A stretch of 37,820 nt of DNA from positions 15,825 to 53,644 of the forward strand of contig CAZVEN010000021.1 in NCBI GenBank assembly GCA_964626155.1, read 5' to 3'. The position numbers and the translations under genes are program-made. Each line of letters begins with the position of its first letter. Position 1 is the first letter of the stretch. This DNA is from an uncultured Chloroflexaceae bacterium (GTDB lineage: Bacteria; Chloroflexota; Chloroflexia; Chloroflexales; Chloroflexaceae). Under the pieces are notes generated by a model. That model did not search any database, was not told the origin of the DNA, and worked only from the letters and a program-made list of their open reading frames with translations. Shown one piece after another: positions 25,242 to 33,795 of this stretch.

Positions 25242-27959
25242 TCACATTTGCAGCACTGCTAATGCCGCTGTTGCCGCACACACAACCGTATCTGCCTTTC
25301 CACCGCCTACACCGGGCAACAAAACTCCACCATCATTGTTACCATGAAACTGTTGATGCTGCATCAACAGCGAACGAGCATCGTCTGGCACAGCCAAGTG
25401 TTGTTTAGCAAGCAACGCCACTGCCAATGCCCACCACTCATCGTGCTTCTCCGGCAGCGTCGGCATAGACGGTGAGGCTGTCTGTTGCGCTAATGACAAA
25501 CAGATACGCTCCAGATCATGGTCATTGGCTGGTTTAGCTGCCGCAATTGCCCTATCACATGCCTCTTTGTGACTCGTCGTGGCTGTCGTGGTTACCAACT
25601 CAGACAAAGCCCATGCCACAGTAGGCGCAACAGATTCTGCCATTGTCTGGTTCATCAGCCAAGACACCGCCCGAGTCATCTGTGGGCGATATGACCCGGC
25701 ACGGTCCGTATGTCCACACTGCAAAAAAGCAACCACAACCAACGCAGTAGCCACCGGAGACTCATCGCCCCATGCGCCGCTTACCTTCTGATTGCGCGAC
25801 AAATAGCGCAATGCAGCATCATAGCGCTGGCTAGCTGAAACCGTTGCTTGGGGGGCAGGCGCTGGCTCTTGCGGGCATGCATACCCCGCAGGAAGTGCCA
25901 AAGAATCCATCTCAGCTTCATCAGCATCCGCAAAATGTGCTTCTGGCATACACTCTACAATGCCAAAAGAAAATGATGTAGACAATGGGCTACTACGTCG
26001 CTTTTCCGATTTCCGTGCAGACGCCATACGTAGCACCCCACCACCTCCCCCATCAGATAGCGGAGCACTGCAACAACAAAAACTCGCTCGTTCCCGTGTT
26101 CGTTGCTCAAATGCCTCGCGCAGCGTACCCTGTGGCAAATGAATAGGCACAATGCATTGCTCCGCCTGCTCGCGGTCGGTGTGCTCTAGTTGGCGTTCCT
26201 CAATAGCTATCAGAGCCGTATAGGGACTAAGCAAGTGATGCTCCAGAGCAAGCCCAAGTATCTCATCACGCACACTAGCCGTTTTCTTCTTGTCATCGCG
26301 TGCCTGCGTCATAAGCGCATCTATGCGTGCGCGGGCCCAAACCGCAGGCAATACCTTCCAATGGTCGCCACGGTCAGGTGTAGACTCGGGCCAGTCCACC
26401 TCAAAGGTTTGCTCATAGGTGCTATGGCGTGTGCGCCCCTGCAAGCGAATGGGTGACCGTTTTTTGCTATGGAAGCGTGCCAATAGCACCAAAGGTTGCC
26501 CTGCATACAAGTCTGGCAGAGGGTCCGGGTACACATCAACTACTTTAGCCCCACCCCAATCTACCTGAATATCCGTGAGAAGTGGGAATGCTGCCCGGTT
26601 TTGAAAGCGCTGTATCGCTTCTTCTATACCCTGGCCGGGAAAGATATATTCAACACAGCCACGGCCTACCTCAGCCAGCTTATCCAGCAAAAAGCGATTC
26701 ACCGCAGAGCCAATGCCAAATGCATACACGCGGGCCTCATTGAGACTCTTGCGCAGTTGACGTACTACCTGGTCTTCATTGCTCACAGCCCCATCTGTCA
26801 AAAAGACAACAACGCGCAAGTATTCAGGGTCGCGTGGTTGCTGAAAAGCCAATTGGAGCGCTTTGAGTATCTCTGTACCACCCCGTGCGTCTATTTGGTC
26901 AATGTAGGTATCGCTCTCATCAATAGCCTCTTGCGTGAATGGGCGTGCTTGGGGCGAAAATTGTTCTACATGGTTGTCGAATGGGAAAATGTTAAACCGG
27001 TCGCCAGGATTGAGCGCCCGTAGGCATGCCCGTAGTGCATTGCGAGCTTGCTGCATACTATCGCCCCCCATAGACCCGCTACGGTCTAGCACAAAGAGCA
27101 CTTCACGCGGCATAACATCGTCTGCCGTATAGGTAGCATGGGGAGTAAGCATAAGAAGAGCCGTGCCAAGTTGTTTTTCCGCCCGGTACGTAAAAAGCGC
27201 CGTTTCAAACTGATCGCTTGACACCCCGTAGCGCAAAATAAAATCTTTATTGGGAATAGAGTCCGCCTCGCGCAATGTGACAATAGAGATGCCATGTTGC
27301 TTCTCTATAGCAATGTCATGACTTGGGCTAGAAAGGTCATAGAGCTTGCCAACATCGAGTGCAACACGAATAGAGAGCGTATGCCCATCGCGTGTTTCCT
27401 CTGGCAAAAGTGGCGTCTGAATACGCTGAGCATCGGCTACTGCCTCCGGGTCCTCAGGCGTGTAGCGTGGCAACACCACCGTCGGCAAGACAAATGCAAA
27501 GGCATTGTTTTCGTAGGGTACACGGTCATGAAACGTGAGTTTCACCTGCACCTGTTCATCGGGTTGTATATTCGCAACAAAAAGGGTAAAAATATTCGGG
27601 CGCTCTTGCTCTAGCAAGGCCGCTCCTTGCCCGGCATCGCGGGCATCGGCATATTCTTCTTGGGCCTTTTGGCGTTCGCGTATAGTGCCCTTGATAACGC
27701 GCTCGCCAATCGTCACAGTCAAATCAGTGACAGCCGCGTCTTCTGGCAACGGGAACGTATAGATTGCTTCCAAAGGTTTCGTATGTGTATTATGAAACGC
27801 TTGCATTACATCTACATGTGCGAGCGGACCAATAATATTGGCTTGTATATCCGTATGCTTCAGGGGAATAGGTGGTAGTGTGCGGTCTCTAGGAACAAGC
27901 ATACCCTCCGTAACAGGTATACCTGGGTAGATTTCCGGTCGCGTTATTGGTATCGTCAT
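25242..27959 (-). CDS. VIT domain + von Willebrand factor A domain protein with C-terminal prenyltransferase/alpha-alpha-toroid-like region
   Basis: N-terminal VIT pattern (IYTFPLPEDAAVTDLTV.IGERVIKG.I.ER..A...Y). The vWA MIDAS motif DRSGSM, with downstream T and D residues, lies mid-protein. The 300-aa C-terminus has repeats like SGAWGDESP.ATAL.V.AF. 905 aa. Confidence 0.8.
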   Translation of the reverse strand: MTIPITRPEIYPGIPVTEGMLVPRDRTLPPIPLKHTDIQANIIGPLAHVDVMQAFHNTHTKPLEAIYTFPLPEDAAVTDLTVTIGERVIKGTIRERQKAQEEYADARDAGQGAALLEQERPNIFTLFVANIQPDEQVQVKLTFHDRVPYENNAFAFVLPTVVLPRYTPEDPEAVADAQRIQTPLLPEETRDGHTLSIRVALDVGKLYDLSSPSHDIAIEKQHGISIVTLREADSIPNKDFILRYGVSSDQFETALFTYRAEKQLGTALLMLTPHATYTADDVMPREVLFVLDRSGSMGGDSMQQARNALRACLRALNPGDRFNIFPFDNHVEQFSPQARPFTQEAIDESDTYIDQIDARGGTEILKALQLAFQQPRDPEYLRVVVFLTDGAVSNEDQVVRQLRKSLNEARVYAFGIGSAVNRFLLDKLAEVGRGCVEYIFPGQGIEEAIQRFQNRAAFPLLTDIQVDWGGAKVVDVYPDPLPDLYAGQPLVLLARFHSKKRSPIRLQGRTRHSTYEQTFEVDWPESTPDRGDHWKVLPAVWARARIDALMTQARDDKKKTASVRDEILGLALEHHLLSPYTALIAIEERQLEHTDREQAEQCIVPIHLPQGTLREAFEQRTRERASFCCCSAPLSDGGGGGVLRMASARKSEKRRSSPLSTSFSFGIVECMPEAHFADADEAEMDSLALPAGYACPQEPAPAPQATVSASQRYDAALRYLSRNQKVSGAWGDESPVATALVVVAFLQCGHTDRAGSYRPQMTRAVSWLMNQTMAESVAPTVAWALSELVTTTATTSHKEACDRAIAAAKPANDHDLERICLSLAQQTASPSMPTLPEKHDEWWALAVALLAKQHLAVPDDARSLLMQHQQFHGNNDGGVLLPGVGGGKADTVVCAATAALAVLQM

Positions 27960-28162
27960 ACAGTTATTCTCCTTTCATGGTATCAGGTTAACTATGCTAC
28001 ACATGACGAGCATGGGGTACGATATGTTGCATGATGCTCTATCACGAAAGCAAACCGTTGTAAGCATTCCCCTATTTGTTATGAGGAATAGGTTGCTCTC
28101 TCTCTCTAATAGCATGGGTTTCAAGATTGTGTTGTGGCGAAACACGTCAAAAAAGAACCTCT

Positions 28163-28921
28163 CTACAAACATGCCTGCACAAGCCCAGCAAATACTGCCT
28201 GCCATCGCGTATCAGCAGCAGCATACAGTGATTCCGGGTGGCACTGCACAGCCACGACAAAATGATCCGGGTCATCCCCTTCTACCGCTTCTATAAAACC
28301 ATCTGAAGACCACCCAACAAGCTCTAACCCTGAAGCCAACTGGCGCACCCCTTGGTGATGAAGTGAATTAACATGCAACCTATTCACACCAAGCAAGGTA
28401 AACAGCCGCGACGTAGCCTCAAGCAACAACTCATGCCCACAAAACGTCCATTCCTTAGACCTCAGCGCAATAGCATGTTTCTCAGAAGCCTCATGGTCAA
28501 TCGGCGTATCTAATTGCGCAGGAATGTCCTGATAGAGCGTTCCCCCCATCACCACATTTAACACCTGCATACCACGGCAAATGGCTAAAATAGGCTTCTT
28601 ATCAACCAATGCACGGCGTGTCAAATATACCTCTACATAGTCCTGCGTTGGGTCTACCTTTTCTAGCTTTTCGTGCGGCTCTTCATGATAATAAACGGGC
28701 GACATATCTTTGCCACCCGCAAGCAATAGCCCAGCTATACGGGCATAATAGGCTTGCAGCACATCTTCATAGTGTAGTGGCGGTATAAGTAATGGGATGC
28801 CACCAGCATCAATAATAGCATCAATATAGGTTTGCCGATGCCCATAAGCCACCGGCCACCACGCGCTATCATCCACAGCCTCACACGGTATACCAATAAA
28901 CGGTTTATTCATGTTCATCAT
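28163..28921 (-). CDS. gamma-glutamyl-GABA hydrolase-like class I glutamine amidotransferase (peptidase C26)
   Basis: ILAICRGMQVLNVVMGGTL (catalytic Cys) and VQCHPE (His) motifs; 252 aa. Confidence 0.9.
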   Translation of the reverse strand: MMNMNKPFIGIPCEAVDDSAWWPVAYGHRQTYIDAIIDAGGIPLLIPPLHYEDVLQAYYARIAGLLLAGGKDMSPVYYHEEPHEKLEKVDPTQDYVEVYLTRRALVDKKPILAICRGMQVLNVVMGGTLYQDIPAQLDTPIDHEASEKHAIALRSKEWTFCGHELLLEATSRLFTLLGVNRLHVNSLHHQGVRQLASGLELVGWSSDGFIEAVEGDDPDHFVVAVQCHPESLYAAADTRWQAVFAGLVQACL

Positions 28922-28986
28922 CTAATTCTCTATCTCCTATGTCACTATTCTGCCCAGATCAAGCGCCTTGAGTCCGAACAATTGTC

Positions 28987-30387
28987 TTAATACGCACCTT
29001 GACCTCGCGCCACCACAAAGACTGTTTTCAACAAAATAATAATATCCAACCAGAAAGAATAGTTTTGGATGTAGTACAAATCCTCCTCCGTGTGTAAGTG
29101 CATTGGCTTATCGCTGCGCCCATTGACCTGCCACCAACCAGTGATGCCAGGAGGCACACGAAAACGCTGCCACTGCCAAGGTTCATACTCTTCTGCAATA
29201 TAGGGCATCTCAGGGCGTGGACCTACCAAACTCATCTCACCCCGCAATACATTGAAGATTTGCGGCAGCTCATCCAAACTCGTGCGGCGTATGACATGCC
29301 CAATGCGAGTAATACGTGGGTCCTCTCTATGCTTATGGAGTAAATTACCCTCAGTATCACGCTGGACCACCTCTTTCCACCGTTTATCTGCATCGGCATA
29401 CATACTGCGAAACTTGATCATTTTAAAATGCCGTCCATTCTCACCAATACGTTCTTGCAAAAAAAACACAGGTCCAGGAGATTCACGTTTAATCAGTATA
29501 GCAATAACGATCATCACCGGCAACATCACCAGCAGCAGTAGTACACTAGCTACGATGTCGAATATGCGCTTCGACATACGCTGCGAATCACTGAGCGCCG
29601 ACTCGCGTAAGCTAATAACCGGAATGCCACCGAGCGTCTGCGTTGGTGTGCGAGCAAACGCCAAATCAATCACGCCTGGTACCATATGCACCTTCACAGG
29701 ATATTGCTGCAATTGCAATGAGAGGCGTGCAATACGCTCATGCTGATGTGGTGGCATGGTAAAGACCACCTCTTCAGCTTCGTGATTGGCAACAATACGT
29801 TCTGTATCGTCAATTGTACCAAGCCGTGGAATAGTTCCATCATGTGCTGATTCATCATCGGTATAGCCAATCACATATACCCCCGCCCAATGGCGTTCTG
29901 CAAGTTCCTGCGCAAGCAACTGTGCTGTAGCACCACCACCAACAATCAGCACCCGACTTTCCCACCCCTTGCGGTGACGAAATACAATATACGTCCGCAT
30001 AAGCATATGCACAACGAAGAGAACGACCACATTTAGCACAACAAAGTAGAGAAATTGAAGCCGTGAGACATCGCGCAGAGACAGATAGAGCACCCCGGCA
30101 AATGCAAGTGCAGCTATGGCAATAGCTCCTATAAGACGCCCAATAGCTTGAATGATAGCCATGGAAAAGATAGCCCGGTGTGGTGTAAGCAACAAAAATG
30201 CCATTCCCCATACAACCATAACTATTGGGTACAGTTGCCAAGGTACTTGGACTTTGTGCCAATTTACAGCCTTGCCAAAATCTACAAGGAGACGAATACG
30301 CCCCGAAAAAAAGAGGCAAAACGCAGTGAGAACCAAATCCCAGAAAAGCATACTGGCTGCAAGACGATGCCCTAGACGTTCGAGCAT
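28987..30387 (-). CDS. undecaprenyl-phosphate hexose-1-phosphate transferase (WbaP/EpsL-type sugar transferase) with N-terminal TM domain and Rossmann-like linker
   Basis: The C-terminal KRIFD...SPGPVFF.QERIG..G..F...KFRSM...AD and SLVGPRP motifs are hallmarks of bacterial sugar transferases. 466 aa. Confidence 0.92.
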   Translation of the reverse strand: MLERLGHRLAASMLFWDLVLTAFCLFFSGRIRLLVDFGKAVNWHKVQVPWQLYPIVMVVWGMAFLLLTPHRAIFSMAIIQAIGRLIGAIAIAALAFAGVLYLSLRDVSRLQFLYFVVLNVVVLFVVHMLMRTYIVFRHRKGWESRVLIVGGGATAQLLAQELAERHWAGVYVIGYTDDESAHDGTIPRLGTIDDTERIVANHEAEEVVFTMPPHQHERIARLSLQLQQYPVKVHMVPGVIDLAFARTPTQTLGGIPVISLRESALSDSQRMSKRIFDIVASVLLLLVMLPVMIVIAILIKRESPGPVFFLQERIGENGRHFKMIKFRSMYADADKRWKEVVQRDTEGNLLHKHREDPRITRIGHVIRRTSLDELPQIFNVLRGEMSLVGPRPEMPYIAEEYEPWQWQRFRVPPGITGWWQVNGRSDKPMHLHTEEDLYYIQNYSFWLDIIILLKTVFVVARGQGAY

Positions 30388-30477
30388 AATGCACCTTGTA
30401 CTTAAACTGCCAAAATTAAGACGCCAAGACCGCTACCATTGCAACGTAAGCATTGACAAAAAAACACCTCTACCAAC

Positions 30478-30506
30478 GTAGAGACGTAGCATCGCTACGT
30501 CTCTAC
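30478..30506. repeat. GTAGAGACGTAGC-ATC-GCTACGTCTCTAC palindrome (13-bp arms)
   Basis: A member of the GAGACGT palindrome family. On the minus strand a T7 run follows 10 nt later, so this is a weak terminator candidate for the transaldolase gene. Confidence 0.6.
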
Positions 30507-30520
30507 ATGGTGCCACACTC

Positions 30521-30660
30521 TTGCATAAACCACAAGACATCTCGCAGCATGACAGCGTACCAGCAAAGAATTGCCTGTTCCCTTCTTTGTACCTGTGTAT
30601 TCTTTGCGTCTTTGCACAAAATCTCACTAAAAAAAGACGTTCACACCAACCACTATGCAG
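30521..30660. repeat. ~100-bp dispersed repeat copy A (contains octamer TCTTTGCG core)
   Basis: AGCGTACCAGCAAAGAATTGCCTGTTCCCTTCTTTGTACCTGTGTATTCTTTGCGTCTTTGCAC...AAAAAAGAC aligns with 31400-31530 in the same orientation. Confidence 0.8.
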
Positions 30661-30672
30661 CATCCGTCACTG

Positions 30673-31317
30673 TCACTGCCGGCTTTGCCAATCGGCTAGG
30701 AAACGCTCAATGCCCTTATCGGTCAAAGGGTGCATCATTCCTAGCTGAAGCACCTTAAAGGGACAGGTTGCAATATCTGCACCAGCCAACGCACTCTCTA
30801 CAATATGCCGTGGGTGCCGGATAGATGCCGATAGTATTTTTGTTGTCATGTTGGCCTTTTTATAAACACCACTAATCTCACGGATGAGACTCATACCATC
30901 TACGCCGGTGTCGTCTACACGCCCCACAAAGGGGCTAATCAGAAAAGCGCCAGCCCGCGCTGCCAGAAGCGCCTGCACCGGATTAAAACACAATGTCACA
31001 TTTGTTTTGATGCCATGCTTGGCCAATTCATAGACAGCCTTCAATCCCTCGGTTGTCGAGGGTATCTTGATGACAATATTGGGGTGCCATTGCGCAATAT
31101 CCTTACCTTCATTGATCATCCCGCCAGCTTCAAGCGAAATAACTTCGGCGCTGATAGGACCATCTACCAAAGATGCTATCTCCTGAATAATAGCCTTGAA
31201 ATCTGCACCTTTTTCCTTGGCTATTAAGGTAGGGTTTGTTGTCACACCACTCAGTATACCCCAACTTGCTGCTTCACGTATCTCGTCCAAGTTCGCAGTA
31301 TCGAGATAAATTTCCAT
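30673..31317 (-). CDS. tal: transaldolase / fructose-6-phosphate aldolase family (short, ~215 aa type)
   Basis: [13 protein letters not shown]..., a Schiff-base Lys region IKIPST.EG, FVGR; start set at the internal Met (GAAGGGA RBS). Confidence 0.9.
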   Translation of the reverse strand: MEIYLDTANLDEIREAASWGILSGVTTNPTLIAKEKGADFKAIIQEIASLVDGPISAEVISLEAGGMINEGKDIAQWHPNIVIKIPSTTEGLKAVYELAKHGIKTNVTLCFNPVQALLAARAGAFLISPFVGRVDDTGVDGMSLIREISGVYKKANMTTKILSASIRHPRHIVESALAGADIATCPFKVLQLGMMHPLTDKGIERFLADWQSRQ

Positions 31318-31399
31318 GTCACACTTATCCCTTCTAAACCTATACATGTACTATACAGTATACAACTGCATGCCCCCATTATACCAGCGACAAGAGGGA

Positions 31400-31530
31400 C
31401 GCAATAAACATCTCAAGACAGCTCACACCCTTAGAGCGTACCAGCAAAGCATTGCATGTTCCCTTCTTTATAGCTTTGCGTTCTTTGCGGCTTGGCGCAA
31501 GGTCCTCATGAAAAAAGAGCATAAAAGAAC
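31400..31530. repeat. ~100-bp dispersed repeat copy B
   Basis: Direct repeat of 30521-30660. It lies inside the spurious N-terminal extension of ORF 31316-32344. Confidence 0.8.
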
Positions 31531-31582
31531 ATACGTACTTAGCCCTATTGTAATCCCCATATATCTATGGTATGATAATTCT

Positions 31583-32344
31583 ATGGAAGAGCGTATGATG
31601 ACAGCACATATTCTGGTTGTTGAAGACGATAAAGCAACACGCACTGCTATCGTCTCCCAACTGCAATATACTGGCTACCACGTTACGCAAGCAAGCGATG
31701 GAGAAACAGCTCTCACCCTGCTAGAAACACACCTATTCGATGTCGTCATCACCGATATTATTATGTACCAGGTTGATGGAATAGCGATTTTACAAACAGC
31801 CCGGATGCAAGCCTATCATCCAGAAGTCATCTTGCTCACCGGCTATGGCTCTCTTGATACAGCCATGATAGCCTTGCGACAAGGTGCATTTGACTATCTG
31901 CAAAAACCCTGCCCGACAGACCAATTGTTAGCCTGCGTACAGAGCGCTATACACCGCCATGCATCTCAACAAAAAATGCGCCAAGCGGTTACGATGCTAT
32001 CTACAAGCTCAGAGAACAACCGTATAAACAAAGAATTACTACCACCAAGCATCCACATTGGTGCGCTTACGATTGGACCTTCACGCACCGAGGTTTTTTT
32101 TCATGGGCAACCTATCCAAGTAACACCCATTGAATATGCCATACTATCGTATTTGGCCATCCGGAAAGGGCATGTATGCCCGTGTCAAGATATTGTGTTG
32201 CATACACACCACCTTGAAACCAACGAAGAGCATGCACAACGAGTGGTGCGTTCGCATATCTCCAACCTACGGAAAAAATTTGGTGCTGCGTACCTTATAT
32301 CAAAACGTGGATACGGGTACATGCTTATAGACCCCCATACCTAA
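31583..32344 (+). CDS. OmpR-family response regulator (receiver + winged-helix), orphan
   Basis: HILVVEDD...D.....TDIIM; LTGYGSLDT; C-terminal trans_reg_C (PIEYAILSYL...ISNLRKK). Start chosen at MEERMMTAH; the upstream 89 codons are repeat-derived. Confidence 0.85.
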   Translation: MEERMMTAHILVVEDDKATRTAIVSQLQYTGYHVTQASDGETALTLLETHLFDVVITDIIMYQVDGIAILQTARMQAYHPEVILLTGYGSLDTAMIALRQGAFDYLQKPCPTDQLLACVQSAIHRHASQQKMRQAVTMLSTSSENNRINKELLPPSIHIGALTIGPSRTEVFFHGQPIQVTPIEYAILSYLAIRKGHVCPCQDIVLHTHHLETNEEHAQRVVRSHISNLRKKFGAAYLISKRGYGYMLIDPHT

Positions 32345-32649
32345 ACAATATGAAACACACGTTACTGCTCATACTGCTCTTAGTTCTAACCATTGTGAGT
32401 TTCAAACAAGCCTTGCGCATCTGGTTACGTCGTATTGCATACCACACGTGGTAATTCGTGTAGGATAGGTTCCTAGCTTGTCTCAACCCACCCCCCAATG
32501 CTAAAAATACCCACACTATCCATAGTGCCTAGTTGCGTCCCGGTGCATTTTCTGCTATCATATGGCCATTGTACAAGGCGTATGTACAAAACCTTCCCGT
32601 TTGTTCACGGGTTCCGTCACTGAGTAGATAGGGTAAAAGGAGGTAAAAC

Positions 32650-32787
32650 ATGGCTATGCCAGCAGGATTTGCCCCAGAGAATGTGGGAACGTTTGCGCTG
32701 ATCATCATTATCATGGTAGGGCTTGGCCTCGTTGGTTTCTTCTGGGGAAGAATAGACACGTATCGGGACAGCGACAACCGCCGCTAA
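32650..32787 (+). CDS. unannotated 45-aa single-TM microprotein
   Basis: AAAGGAGGT RBS 6 nt upstream of the ATG. MAMPAGFAPENVGTFALIIIIMVGLGLVGFFWGRIDTYRDSDNRR. It is missing from the ORF track only because it is under 60 aa. Confidence 0.5.
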   Translation: MAMPAGFAPENVGTFALIIIIMVGLGLVGFFWGRIDTYRDSDNRR

Positions 32788-32882
32788 AACCAGTTCATCG
32801 TAGGTCACGCTTACAGCACGATCATGCTGTGCAATGTGTGCTCTAGGCGGGACCTACGAAGATATGTCGCTCCTTCTTTCTG

Positions 32883-33542
32883 CTAGTCACCAAGCAGATG
32901 ATCTATGAGTTCTGCTACCCCGGTTCCTCGTTCACCCTGTGTCACCAGATTAGCCTGCTCTTTCAATGGTGGCAATGCGTTGGCAACCGCTACCGCATAC
33001 CCACAGATAGCGAGGAAATCCGCATCGTTTTCAGCATCGCCAACACCAACAGTATGCTCTAGCTTCCCCCCAAACCTATCTAACGCCGCATGCAACCCAT
33101 ACGCCTTGTTGACCTTGGGCGGAAGTACCATAATGTCTTCCTTATTGCGGATAATCCTCCAATCCAAATTCAACGTGCGGATACTGTCCTCAATGATCTT
33201 TTCGTAGGGCTTGAAAGAAGCAATCATGCTCTTGGCAACATACATCTCCACCCCACGCTCATCAAGCATCTCCAACAATGCATACGGTGGAGTAGCCCCA
33301 ATAACATGCTCCTCCTCGTTTTGCGGATTGTAGAGTATTCCACCGTTCTCACCTACCAACAAATCAGTTAGGTTGAGACTGAGAAAATCGGTTAGCAATT
33401 CAACAGACCTGCCAGTTATCAATATAAACGTTCGCCCAGAATCCTTCCAACGTCTCAGTGCTGCAAGGGTCGGTTCACGTACAAGACCATAGTCAGCCAG
33501 CGTCCCATCATAATCACTAGCAAGGATACGATAATCCACCAT
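32883..33542 (-). CDS. HAD-IIB family hydrolase (Cof-like sugar phosphatase)
   Basis: DYDGTL (motif I), ITGRS, GVGDAENDADFL (motif IV). Start at MVDYR with a GGAGAG RBS. Confidence 0.85.
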   Translation of the reverse strand: MVDYRILASDYDGTLADYGLVREPTLAALRRWKDSGRTFILITGRSVELLTDFLSLNLTDLLVGENGGILYNPQNEEEHVIGATPPYALLEMLDERGVEMYVAKSMIASFKPYEKIIEDSIRTLNLDWRIIRNKEDIMVLPPKVNKAYGLHAALDRFGGKLEHTVGVGDAENDADFLAICGYAVAVANALPPLKEQANLVTQGERGTGVAELIDHLLGD

Positions 33543-33795
33543 TGTTCTCTCCATCTCTTTGTCATTGTGTCCTAATGCCATTCTACGCTTCTATAGATTT
33601 TCTTGCAATGGTTCTCCCATCTATATACCTTTCTATAATCCATGCATAAGGGCAAAAATCTGGTATCATATGGCATACAAGCGTCCCAAAAAGACCTTTG
33701 GTATGGTATAATGTAAGGAGTAAAATAAAGGTGACAGTGCAGACATAGAATCACCAAAAACAGCGAAAAACAGTGCTAGAGATACTGATACCGGT

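Noticed and set aside
31316-31582. N-terminal 89-codon extension of the response regulator ORF
   Set aside because: It covers the dispersed ~100-bp repeat copy B and overlaps the start of the transaldolase gene on the other strand. The receiver domain begins at MEERMMTAHILVVEDD.
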